Assembly (NCBI RefSeq): GCF_006345805.1
Contig: NC_042997.1
Location: forward strand, 185,132,001 to 185,196,000
DNA: 64,000 nt
From: Octopus sinensis
Taxonomy: Eukaryota
Direction: 5' to 3'
Made by a program: the position numbers and the translations under genes
Shown: positions 12,449-24,727 of the stretch, piece after piece
Layout of the letters: every line of letters starts with the position of its first letter
Position numbering within the stretch: position 1 is the stretch's first letter
Notes under the pieces: model-generated
The model's input: the letters and a program-made list of their open reading frames with translations, nothing else
What the model was told of the DNA's origin: nothing
The model's database searches: none

Positions 12449-13572
12449 CTGTTCAGGAAATAATTAAAGCAGAGATGTGAGTATAAGGTGAATGCATGGT
12501 GAAAATATTACGACAGCCTATATCGATATGTTTAATATCCACACAACGTAACACTCAGTGACCTTTTATTTTATTCAAAAGAAGACTCTGGGTAGAATAT
12601 ACTCTTAAAAGAGAAGAAAAAGAAAGAAAATGCATTTCGAAATTATGTTAAAAGTCATTCAAGTAAGTAGAAATGAGTAAGTGGAGAAAAATTAACTTGA
12701 CAGTTAAGATATTTCTACAAAACCATGTAATTAGTTATAACTGATAGAATGCTAATTTAATAGTGGTCTTCTGGAAGGCTGCCTTCAATATTCAATTATG
12801 ATGCAACATTTTCAATAATATTTTTGAGAATGGTACGTAAATATCAACGCCTCCAGTCATTGCTATTATAAACTTTTCCTCATTTGTCAGTATTAGAAAT
12901 CTATGAGACAGTACTTTGATTAGTGATTATTGCAAGAAACCAAATTCTTCATATGTAATATTCGCATATATTTATTTAATAAGTATTGTCTTTAAAATTT
13001 AAAATCAGAAACTAAGTATGTACATGTGGTTATGTACCAGAACGTCCAACACAACTCTAGATGAGGGTAAATGAGAAGAACAAGTGATTGCGCTTGTCAG
13101 TAATAGCTTTCTTGAATTGATCAGTTATTTGTCGAAACTAAAATAGTTACTGAAAGCATCCTTAGCGTAATTTGGAATTAACGTAAAGTTAAAACACTAC
13201 TCTTTTACTTGTTTCTGTCATTTGACTGCGGCCATGCTCGAGCACTGCCTTTAGTCGAGCAGATCGACCCCAGGACTTATTCTTTGTAAGTCTAGCACTT
13301 ATTCTATCGGATTGTTTTGTCGAACCGCTATATTACGGGGGCGTAAACACAGCAGCATCGGTTCTGAAGCGATGTTGGGGGAACAAACACAGGCACACAA
13401 ACACACACATATATATACATATACATATATACGACAGGCTTCTTTCCGTTTCCGTCTACCAAATCCTTTCACAAGACTTTGGTCGGCCCGAGGCTATAGT
13501 AGAGGACACTTGCCCAATGTGTCACACAATGGGACTGAAGCTGGAACCATGTGGTTCGTAAGCAAGCTACTT

Positions 13573-15618
13573 TATTTCATTAAATTTGTCATGAAGACTG
13601 TACAAAGACTGTGTAGCTGTGCGGGCTGGACAAACACATTAATGAATGAAAATGAAATAGAATGAATAAATGAGAGACGAAACCCAACACCCTCCGGTTG
13701 GATTTTTCTCGAAAACATATTTTCTTGTTTTTTTAAAAATCAATATGAGGTTTCAAACCTCTTACAAGAAGGAGGCACTAAAACCTCTTACTTGACATGT
13801 TTTTTTTAAACACACAATTGAGGTTATAAACCACTACAAATAATACAATAAGATGAGGCTTCAAACCCTATAACGAGGGTCTTTCACCTCCTACTCTTCG
13901 ATATATCTTTCGATATATTCATCATTATCTTCAATGCCGCTTGAGTTCCTGTATGCTGCCATTTCCCATGCCTCACTCATGTAGGACATGTAAGTCGTGT
14001 AAGAGCCACCCGGCCATATGCGACACTCCTCCCCAAATCCTTTAAGCCTTTCCCACAAGGGGAATCTTAGGACCTCCACAGCTATCTGCGGAGGCCATTT
14101 GGGATCCCGTGTGAAGGGCATATCTACTGTCTCTTTATGTTCTTCTACTATTTTTTCCACCTCCCCGCCCTTATAGAAAAAGATAATTAATTGATCATCT
14201 TTAAGGGTGGGGGTGGTTTATTCCACCGTGGGTGGCACAACTTCGGGACATGCAGACGGCACATCATCTCCCGGCTGAGATGACCCATTCTTCTTCCTTC
14301 TTTTTTTCCTTTTCTTCCTGATTTCGGGAGAGTGGAGCTCTTCCGCTTTGTCTGGATACTCTCCCCGCCTCCCGAAGCCTTAGGTTCCTTCGGCGGGCAA
14401 CTATTGTTGCCCGCCTTCTTCCTTTTTAATCCTTTTTGAGTTGAGGAGGCTGAAGCCTCCTCGACCACATCCACCACTCCCCTTGACCGGGTAGGGGAGG
14501 TGGCATCTAGTGACTGTTCCAGGACCTTACCATTGTCCGGGGGGCAGTTCCTTTTAATGTGGTCTGGCTGCAAGCACGAGTGACACTTGGGGGGACGTCC
14601 CTCAAGTATCACTTGATACCTGCAGCTAGCCATTTTCAAGAAATCTGGAAAAACCAGATCTGTTGCGGTCGATAGAGTCCACAGGGTCAAAATCGCTTTT
14701 GATCCTTCCCAATCGACCGCCGGCAATACCCTTACATTTAAGAGCCTGGGCCCGCCATCCCCCAGTCCCCGTCAGATGGTATCTTCAATCCAATCCGCTT
14801 CGGTGCCTGTGGGTAACCCACATACCCAGGCTCGTATTAATTTTCTTCCAGAATATAACGGAAGGAACAGAATTTCCTTGCCTTATAAAGGCTGACTCGC
14901 AAACTGGCGAGCATTTTCCCCGTTGTCAAACAGCAACCATACGGTTGCATGTTTGACACCAGGAGATATATATTTTAAAAAGGACAAATATTCTTTAAGT
15001 TCATTTTTTGACTTGTTTTGGGAAGACGGTGATGGAATTAAGAACTTTAGAATAAGTTCTAAGTACCATCGTCTTCTCCTCCATATCTTTTAACCACTGC
15101 TTAGGCGGGTTAATTTCCCACTCTAAGACAGAATTTTTCTTTTTAAGTTCCTTCTCTGCCATGTCAAAAAACAGTTCAAAAGTTGTTCAAAAGACAGTCT
15201 GCCAAAAAATTAAACCGAATAGAAATAAAACAAAATAAAAGAGAAGGTGAGGAAACTGAAATTAAAGTAATGAAAAGAATGAACCAAAAAGAAAGAAAAA
15301 ATAGAAGGGAAAAGTAAAAGAAAAATCTCACAAATGGCACAGACAAGGAATCCTTTGTATAATACTCCAAAAAGGTAATCCAAATGGCTTATTCTTATTT
15401 TTCTGGCGAGATACGCCCACTAGAATTTACAAAAAGAATTTTGAAGCGAAAATTCTCAATTCACCGTTACAGTGATGAGAACCCAGTATTTTGCTCGCTA
15501 AAGCGAGCCATAATTGACAATTTTTCTTTTTGTTTTTTTTTCTATTTACGGAGCCGAAACTCACATCTTCCACTGTAACAGTCCAGACCAACTAGTGTTG
15601 TATTCGGGTTAACCGGAA
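13573..15618 (-). mobile_element. Non-autonomous ORF1/Gag-only retroelement (HAL1-like) with 15-bp TSD
   Basis: TSD gtaagcaagctactt (13558-13572, 15619-15633); terminal AATAAA; single CCHC knuckle; no RT or endonuclease motif seen. Confidence 0.75.
13891..15162 (-). pseudogene. Gag-like ORF1 with CCHC zinc knuckle (disrupted by stops and frameshifts)
   Basis: MAEKELKKKNSVLEW...; EGRPPKCHSCLQPDHIKRNCP; segments lie in different frames. Confidence 0.75.
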
Positions 15619-15833
15619 GTAAGCAAGCTACTTACCACACAGCCACTCCTCCGCCTATAGTTTAACGATATGTTTAACTACTAGTTTAACATATGACATT
15701 TTACTACGAATAAATCGTTATACTCAATATTTTGTGGCATGACAGAAATATTCAATTGCAATTATAGAAAAAAAGCAACTTTTCGAACATTTAGAAATGC
15801 TAATATCGCGTGGAGTTGTCACGATTTCATTAC

Positions 15834-15981
15834 CGACATTCCCCATGTTACAATGCTGTCAGATACAAAATTTACAAACGTCGTCCTGGCGTCATCGAAA
15901 TAATGGTGGATAAATAACTGCTGGATTGGATTGAAAAAGTCAGAATACAAATCTGTTGTTTGGAAGACACCTGGCATGTAG
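15834..15981 (-). CDS. Exon of unidentified gene (YMPGVFQTTDLY...VTWGMS)
   Basis: ttctttctgtcag acceptor, gtaatg donor, 148 nt, phase 2 to 0, open. Confidence 0.7.
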
Positions 15982-17162
15982 CTGACAGAAAGAAGGTCTT
16001 TCTTCCCATATTCACATATTAAATCGACCTAAAAATTTTATCGGCGGTGTGCGGTATTTTCGTCAATGAGAGGAATATTCTCATACGGTATTTGATTCAA
16101 TATTTGCAAAGATCTTTAATCAACTCATGTCTCAGAAGACATTAAAAACCACAACAGGTAGTTTACGTTGTACGGTATTCAAATTTTTGCATTTAGATCG
16201 ATCTGAAATAATTAGTCAGGCACATCCGAAAATTTAAGTTTCAAGCACCCAACAGATCCTCTTCTCTAAAGCATCAACGGATATCATTTCTGCTATGCTG
16301 GAAGCCATTTTACCATTTATTAAGTACGGATGTTGTTCAGTTTGCTAAGACAAATACATAACATTGTTATCACTATATTTAGAGAATAATATTATTAATT
16401 ACATTAAATTGATAAGTATATTATATCTACATTCTGTTTCTTACCATAAAAATTATATTTCTTATCTGGAGTTGAGCAACTTAGACAACGGATATGCCCA
16501 TATCATGCGAGATATTATAGCAATCACGTTAACTACCTTTAATTACATATCCCATTCTAAGCTCCTTATCGGTTAATATTTTAACTTCAACGAAGACTAA
16601 ACTACTTATGTGTCGTCCTGTCACAGAAATTTTATACTTTTAAGCTTATAGGCTTTGAAACGCTTTAGAGGAACATTCAACAATACGAACTATATTCAAC
16701 ATTTTCTATGAATATCCAGGAAAGAGAATGTAAATGTTTTAGTGTTTCCATAACAGCAGTTAGATGGCTGATACTGTTTAGTAATTAATTGACCATACTT
16801 TGGAATATATACCATGAAAGTGAAATATATATACTTTGTGGTCCATAATAAGTATCTTACACATTTCCATAAGAAACAGAACTGCACTTATGAAATAAAT
16901 ATGTCGTTCCGTTCTTTTTAGTCCATCCATTTATCTTTAAGCGATATATATATATAGGGAGAGATAGATATAGATATATGTGTATACTGCTATGTATATA
17001 TCTATCAATCAATCTATCTATCTACCTGTATGAATACATACACACATGCACACATACACACAAACAGATAGTTATAAAGACCTACATACATAACATATTA
17101 AGATATATTCATACCTGTAATGCGTGTTTTAAGAAATACAGTATATACATTGTCCCCACACA

Positions 17163-17231
<69 letters not shown>

Positions 17232-17265
17232 GTATATAAACACACACACACACATATATATACAT

Positions 17266-17297
<32 letters not shown>

Positions 17298-17418
17298 CAG
17301 ACATGTATATATGTGTGAGTATATGTGGTATCTTTATGCATGCACACACAACCACCCACATGGATAGATAGATAGATGGATAGATAGATAGATAGATAGA
17401 TGGATAGATAGATAGATA

Positions 17419-17494
<76 letters not shown>

Positions 17495-17532
17495 GTGGAA
17501 CCGATTTTTGTTTTTGTGAAACTATAACATAC

Positions 17533-17633
17533 TTTTTCAAAATATCAGATTCTGACACATCGATTTCTCTTGAACCATCTTTGTCTAAGTTTAGATAGTG
17601 TTGTTCTGGATTCCCAACATATGTTTTTGCCTT
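17533..17633 (-). CDS. Exon (KAKTYVGNPEQHY...SDILK)
   Basis: ttgatag acceptor, gtatgt donor, phase 0 to 2, matches the next exon. Confidence 0.7.
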
Positions 17634-17700
17634 CTATCAAGGCGAGTAGATTTGAAATGATCTATGCATCAAAATTTGACGCCAACCGAATGATGCTTAC

Positions 17701-17781
17701 AGGCGCCAAATTAATTAATGAAAATACTCTTTTAATAGCACAGCAAACCATGGTCCTGCCATACATATGTAAGTCGATGTG
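17701..17781 (-). CDS. Exon (HIDLHMYGRTMVCCAIKRVFSLINLAP)
   Basis: Long pyrimidine tract plus cacag acceptor, gtaagc donor, followed by a 67-nt intron. Confidence 0.7.
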
Positions 17782-17935
17782 CTGTGCGTACAGACGAAGA
17801 TGTAAAATGAAAATACAAAAATGGCATAGACAAAAGTGGGGAAAAAAAAGCAATTCCGATTCTGTATGAGCAAGGTCAATTTGTAATAATTCATGTCATT
17901 GAAATGACCTCAGCTGTCAATAATTTTTTATTCCT

Positions 17936-18027
<92 letters not shown>

Positions 18028-18436
18028 TGTATGTATGTATGTATGTATGTATGTATGTATGTATAAGATCCACTGAGTGTCTGCAGAGCTCCTAGTATAG
18101 CAAGCTATTATAGTCTTATCGGGAGCAATTATTAAAATTTTCCTGCAAACCTGACAGAACATTTAGCACTTCAGTGAAGCTATCGTTCTGGACCACCCGA
18201 CTTCATTGCTTGTGATGTTCTACAGCAATGCTTTTATTTATTTAAATGATATTATAGTCTTTAGAAAGAAATATGTTTATCGTGATTTTTATAAAAATAC
18301 TACACGGGTTATAACAACTAGCCATGTAAGCCAGAAGTTAAAACTTGTTATGAAATATTGATCCGGGTCCTAGATCCCGTCTTTTTTTTTTCTGTAGTTA
18401 CCTAACTAAGTACAGTGATGGAACGGGAAAAAATAC

Positions 18437-18595
18437 CGAACATAGGTTAATCTTTATTATTTGGGCTACAAGTAGTCTAAATACTCTGTCTACTTTTAAA
18501 ACTGAAGCTAAAATTGAATGATTATAAATATTCCGTGGTCGTGAATTTAATTTACTACACAATGATTTGGCTTCTTCATAAAATTGTGTCCTGTC
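18437..18595 (-). CDS. Exon (DRTQFYEEAK...KINLCS)
   Basis: ttttcaag acceptor, gtattt donor, 159 nt, phase 0-0. Confidence 0.55.
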
Positions 18596-18695
18596 CTTGA
18601 AAAGCAGCAATTATTTTTATATTATTGAAGGAAAAGAGTTCTCATTAAAGATATATAAAAGCTCTAATGATCAAGTGAGTGTAAACGCACAATAG

Positions 18696-18748
<53 letters not shown>

Positions 18749-19736
18749 AAAAAAACATAAAAAATTATAGACCGTTCGGGTCATTTCAATGACATGAATT
18801 ATTACAAATTGACCTTGCTCATATCGTAACTTAAATGAAGAATCGTAACTTAGATGATTAGCCAGTAAAGCAGATATCAAAAAAGAAATAAAGATTATAC
18901 ACGCTTTTATATCTTGATAAATCAGGAAAATATTGTTTTACCAGGATTACTACGTCTTAAATGTGTCATTACCTTTACCTTAAGTAAGATATGTGATGTA
19001 GCCGAATTGAGAGTAAAAGTTATCTGTTATATGAAAAATAAGCAACACCCGGTGTATTTAGATGCTTCTGTATGTAAAGAGTAAAAAGTTATCTCTGAAC
19101 GGTGATACAATATGAAACGTAATATGTTCCTAAATTGTGCGTTGCAGCTCGACCATTTGGCCTGTATAACTTGTAAGCTGTATAACTTCTACTGAAAGAA
19201 AGTTTACTGCAATGTCAGTAGAGCTCAATTAAAAAAAGATTGACCATAAATTATTATTGTGCGATTGCAATTCAAACTAACTGAATTTTGATGATTCCAT
19301 TAACGGAAATCAGAAACTGCCGGCGTCTCATACACTTCAGAACACTCAGCTTTCTGTACCTATGTCCTTATTTGCCTACAAACAACTACTTCTGTCTGCA
19401 ATTCTAGTATTATGACAAGGTCTGCTTGTTTTCATATATATTTGACGTGTTAAGTAAATTCATTGTCATAAAACATAGACATCTTAAACTATTTCAACTA
19501 GCCTTAGGAAATTAACTTTAAAGCTAAGTTTATTATTCTTAAACTTTTATCGTCTGTCGAGTAAGGAGAGAGAATTGCAAATAGCCAAGCTTACCGCTCT
19601 ATCACTAGCTACATATGAAATTCTGTGTATCTATTTTACCTACCTAATCAATTAACTATATCATTTTGAAAAGCTTAAGACTTTTCACTAGGGGTATTGA
19701 ATCATGATATTTTTGATTATGTATGTTTGTGAATAC

Positions 19737-19838
19737 CTGACTTTTATTGTGGTTTTTAGGCGCTAAGATGACTAGCGATTTTGTATGGGGGTTTTTAAGT
19801 TTCGCTTCGGTGTAGGGATCAGGAATCGCGTTTACTTT
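19737..19838 (-). CDS. Exon (KVNAIPDPYTEAK...NKSQ)
   Basis: cccaag acceptor, cag/gtattc donor, 102 nt, phase 0-0. Confidence 0.5.
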
Positions 19839-19936
19839 CTTGGGAGTGTCATAAATAATAATTATACCAATAAGCACATCAACATAATGAGTCTAATGCT
19901 CAGTTGATTTGAGCGAACTGTATTTTAAACAATTAT

Positions 19937-20170
19937 CTTATTTCTTTATTGCTCACAAGAGGCTAAACATAGAGGGGACAAACAAGGACATGCAAAGGGA
20001 TTAAGTCGATTACCTAGACCCCAGTGCGTAACTGGTACTTAATTTATCGACTCCGAAAGGATGAAAGGCAAAGTCAACCTCAGCTGAATTTGAACTCAGA
20101 ACGTAACGGCAGACGAAATAAGGGTATGCATTTCGCCCGGCGTGCTACCGTTTCAGTCAGCTCGCCACCT
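19937..20170 (-). mobile_element. SINE family B
   Basis: Matches 9259-9485; further copies at 22040-22213, 35476-35710 and 43636-44080. Confidence 0.85.
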
Positions 20171-21425
20171 TTTAAAGAATTATCTATTATGTTACTCTAT
20201 ATATCTCTTTTCAGTCTTATTGAATGTGTTGTAAATATTTTTGAGCGGATTGAATTAGGTTTCAGTCACATATGCATAGTAGTCCTTCAGCTGTATATTA
20301 TCCTTTTACAAAAATTATCCATCAGGATAACTGTATTTTTCAAAAACAAATTACATTCTGTGCGCTTGTGTATGTGTGTATTTTTAATAGACAGATATGA
20401 ACGAATAATGGAAAATCGATTACTAGTAAACGTAATGCAAATGTCTAATCTAATTTATTTTACTTCATACCATTTACAATAAAAATAAATATGGAAAGAA
20501 GGAAAGAATTACCACGAACTCCCTTCATCTATATACATCACCATCTAAGCGGACACATGAATCATGTACCTTCACAAGGTCTACTAAAATTTCATTTAAT
20601 AAACCGATACACGGAGGCCAAAATTTGATACTAATACATGTCATACCTAGTATAGTGTTTGATTAAACACTTCGAAGCTCCATGTACATATTATGAGCAC
20701 ACTGATAGTTAAAATCAAGATTTTCACTGATTATTATAAGGATTATTTCGTGCTAACTAAAACATAAATTTCGCATTTTTAATGAAAATCGTATATAAGG
20801 TCGGTAGATTACATTCTAACTCTATGGTACTGTCATTACAGAGAAATTGCGCTTTAAAAAGAAATTAGAGGAATAAGTGGAATTTCCTGATATCTTTTTT
20901 TAATACCAGGTATTTTCTGCTTGGAGTGCAATTGTGAAATATATATCATAAACATTTATTAAGTCTTACATTCCCTTCCTCTGTATTTTTATTTACGCAT
21001 TGATACATCTTAAGGCCATATATATTCATTTTATAATTATTAATAATAAGTGATAGGGAATTTTGTTTAAATTGTGAGTGAAATTAAAAGAGAAACCAAA
21101 CATTTTATTAGAAAGTACATCAAAAATGCGAAATATTTCATCGAGGAAGGCAAATATAATAAAGATAGTAAAAGTATAAATCGCGTGGAAAAAGGCCCAC
21201 AGGTAAATGAAACCAAACATACTATAAAAGGTAGTATGGAACGAATGTTAAGAGCCTGGGAAAAACGAAAACAAAATTATATTAAAGAGGCAAAATAGTA
21301 AAATAAGGAGCATATAAATAAATTAAGACAGTAATAAAGAGACAGATATCAAATAAAAGACAAAACATGGCGGTATATTGATAATATACGAATGGATATA
21401 TTGACTCATGTACATATAACGCTGC

Positions 21426-21460
<35 letters not shown>

Positions 21461-21463
<3 letters not shown>

Positions 21464-21693
21464 CGGAGATGTACTTGCATAGCGAGTGACTTGATCTGAG
21501 ATCGTGTGCTGGAACGAAAACAATTGCAGCGGGGGAAGGTGTTTATAAGCCATTTAAGAAACACACAAAACCGTTAGATTCACTTCAACATTTAAATTTA
21601 ATTTGTCAAAATATTTTCGTCGCTTTGAGACCGCGACCTGTTCACTGACAAAACTTCGTGCTGCATCTCGTGCTAAGATGCAGCACGAAGTTT
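21461..21693 (-). mobile_element. Small (TA)n-associated element carrying a variant hammerhead
   Basis: Reverse-complement copy at 33656-33865; partial copy at 46840-46945. Confidence 0.75.
21602..21652 (-). ncRNA. Type-I hammerhead-like motif, G3:C8 variant
   Basis: UUUGUCA-GUGAACA-G-GUCGC-ggucucaaa-GCGAC-GAA-AAUAUU-U-UGACAAA. Confidence 0.6.
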
Positions 21694-21696
21694 CAT

Positions 21697-21878
21697 TGTG
21701 CCTGGGGAGAGTTATTCTCTTTTAGTGCCTTATTACTTAACACAATCACGGGTTCGATTTCGACTCATTAATTTATTTAATTTTCTACAAATATAAATAA
21801 GTAATTGAGTGGAAATCAAACCGGTGAATGTGTTAAATAATAAACCACTAAAAGAGAATGACTCTCTTGAGACACAAA
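21697..21878. repeat. Diverged foldback (~80-bp arms)
   Basis: ttgtgcctggggagagttattctcttttagtg... vs ...cactaaaagagaatgactctcttgagacacaa. Confidence 0.75.
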
Positions 21879-22401
21879 ATATGTGTGTATGTGTGTGTTT
21901 GTGCCCTTACAATCTGAGGTAGAATAAATTGCTGGGGAGGTAGACAGCTGTGCAAGGAACAGAAACGATTAGCTATTTCAAAAGAAATAATACAAAGTTA
22001 CATAATATTAAATACGAATTTCAGCAATTTCCAGGGGTAAGTCGGTGATACCGACCTCAGTGTTCAACTGGTACTTATTCATTGACAAACACATGCTGAG
22101 AGGATGAAAGGTAAAGTTGACCAGAGCGGAATTTGAACTCAGAACGTAAAGACGAACAAAATGCCGCTAAGCATTTTGCCCGGTATGCTAACGATTCTGC
22201 CAGCACACCGCCTTCCGTAATATTAAATATTGACACCAATTTACTCCAAGAAAAATTTGAAGTTTCGAGTTCAGTTTGCGCATAACCAAAAAAGCAGGAA
22301 AGACCAGGAATTATAAGAATAGAGAAATTACCCATTCATATTTACAGTAATATCTGTCTCTCTTTTTCGCTTTTTAACTTTCTCTCTCTGTCGCTCTCTC
22401 C

Positions 22402-22446
<45 letters not shown>

Positions 22447-22565
22447 CCTGCTCGCTTAGCCAGCGGGGTGGCGTCATTCGAAGGCTAAAACAATGCGAAC
22501 GCATTGTGACCAGCGATGTGTAACAACGTCTGATGGTCTGGCCTGTCATGTGATCATGTGATCAT

Positions 22566-22676
<111 letters not shown>

Positions 22677-23069
22677 GTTGGAGTGGCTGTGTCTTCTGTG
22701 GCCGACCAAACCCTTGTGAGTAGATTTGGTAGATGGAAACTGAAAGAAGCCTACCGAATATATAAATATTTATATGTATGTATTTGCGTGTCTGTGTTTC
22801 TCCCCCAGCATCGCTTGACATCCGATGTCGGTGTGTTTACGACCCCGTAACTTTAGGGTTCGGCAAAACAGACCGACAGAATAAGTACTAGGCTACAATT
22901 GATTAAGGCGGTGCTCAAGCATGGCTGCAGTCAAATGACAGAAACTAATAAAAGAAATAAAAGAATGCATCTATGCATTTCCAAAAATGAGTTTACGGGG
23001 TTATATAATCGTGACGGTTGCCGTGCTTCGTCTTCGATTTCACGTGTCGGCCCACCCACAACAGTTCTT

Positions 23070-23483
23070 TAGTGACATCCGAGTTAACAATAAGTTACAA
23101 GACCTTGGTTGTTATCCTCGCTTAGTAAATCCGAGTATCCTTTTCTTGACTACATAGTTACTGTAGAGCAAGTAATAGTATTAATAATGACAAAGAGAAA
23201 AAGATTTTCCACATCTATAAACAGTTATTTGTAGCATTCTTTTCTAGACCTCCGTGCGTTTCAATTGCAATCGACGCAGATGAAAGGTGTGTAGGCCCAG
23301 AAAAGAATGCTGTTAGTGGCTATTTAATAAAATTATAGATGTGGAAAATCTCTTTCTCTTTATCATTATTTAAACTGTTACTTGCTCTACAGAGACTATG
23401 TAATCCAGAAAGGACACTCGGATTTGCCAAGCGAGAATAATAACCAGAGTTTAGCAATTTATTGTTAACTCATGTATCACTAA
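23070..23483. repeat. Diverged long inverted repeat / old MITE (~170-bp arms)
   Basis: tagtgacatccgagttaacaataag...agattttccacatctataa pairs with ttatagatgtggaaaatct...ttattgttaactcatgtatcacta. Confidence 0.85.
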
Positions 23484-23530
23484 CGGGCTGTGATTTGAAA
23501 AAAACTCCGTGCTTCCTATCATTATTGATA

Positions 23531-23569
<39 letters not shown>

Positions 23570-23574
<5 letters not shown>

Positions 23575-23780
23575 TACTCTTTTAATTGTTTCAGTCATTT
23601 TGACTGCGGCCATGCGGGAGCACCGCCTTTAGTCGAGCAAATCGACCCCAGGACTTATTCTTTGTAAGCCTAGTACTTATTCTATCGGTCTCTTTTGCCG
23701 AACGGCTAAGTTACGGGGACGTAAACACACCAGCATCGGTTGTCAAGCGATGTTGGGGGGACAAACACAGACACACAAAC

Positions 23781-23825
<45 letters not shown>

Positions 23826-23998
23826 CATATATACAACGGGCTTCATTCAGTTTCCGTCTACCAAATCCACTCAGAAGACTTCGGTCGGCCCGAGGCTATA
23901 GTAGAAGACACTTGCCCAAGGTGCTACGCAGTGGGACTGAACCCGGAACCATCTGGTTGGTAAGCAAGCTATTTACCACACACCCACTCCTACGCCTA
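23570..23998 (-). mobile_element. SINE family A
   Basis: Full-length match to family A. Confidence 0.9.
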
Positions 23999-24044
23999 TA
24001 TATATATATATAATATATATATGTGTGTATGTATGTGTGTGTGT

Positions 24045-24362
24045 GTGTAGAACATTGAGAAGGAACACACGAGTTGATATACATGGTAAAAAGTCAAGGT
24101 AGAAAATGCAGCTTCACATGCGTTTTCAGAGAACCTGATATACGCATTAACCGGCTCTGGGTGTCAAGAGCAATACATAGGCCAAACAAAAACAGTCTAC
24201 GCCAAAGGATGACTCTGCACAAATCCCAGATCAAAATTCCCCAAAACAGAAAAATAGCATTCAGCAAACACATCGACATTTGCGCCAATAACAAAAATCC
24301 AAGCTTCAGAATTTTTCCCCTTTACCAATTCAGGGACGATACAACCTGTAGCCAAAAAGAGT
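24045..24362 (+). mobile_element. Penelope-like element GIY-YIG endonuclease fragment
   Basis: ENLIYALTGSGCQEQYIGQT, then a frameshift into SLRQRMTLHKSQI...FSKHIDIC. Confidence 0.75.
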
Positions 24363-24549
24363 AAAAGAGTAAAGAGTATGTATAAGAATAACAGGTTTCA
24401 AATTTTGACACAAGGTCAATAAGCTTCTTACCACACACCATAGCGTTCCAAAAGCAGCTTTTTGACTTGCTGTGTGACTTAGTAAATTGCTAAATTTCTC
24501 TAATTTTCCATTCGAAAGGTCCTTGGAAATTTGGGATAAATTTTCTTAC

Positions 24550-24648
24550 ATTGAGGACCATTAGTAGTGAATGACTTCAAGTTATAATAAAATGGGATTA
24601 CGTGTGATGGTAAAGGACGTAGGGTACGTGACGTCAAATATAATGTAT
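24550..24648 (-). CDS. Candidate exon (TLYLTSRTLRPLPSHVIPFYYNLKSFTTNGPQ)
   Basis: acag acceptor after (TG)n, gtaaga donor, 99 nt, phase 1-1. Confidence 0.45.
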
Positions 24649-24652
24649 CTGT

Positions 24653-24684
<32 letters not shown>

Positions 24685-24690
24685 ACACAC

Positions 24691-24727
<37 letters not shown>

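Larger units (their letters stand above)
13198..15656 (-). mobile_element. Family A SINE split by a 2-kb insertion
   Basis: SINE sequence stops at 13572 and resumes at 15619 with duplicated gtaagcaagctactt. Confidence 0.85.

Noticed and set aside
13747-13894. CRISPR-like look of gtttcaaacctc repeats with spacers
   Set aside because: Repeats are degenerate, spacers are irregular and short, there are no cas genes and the context is a eukaryotic retroelement; kept as a hairpin array instead
23750-24013. Recurrent MLGGQTQTH...[32 protein letters not shown] family
   Set aside because: Antisense translation of SINE family A; the frame depends on microsatellite length
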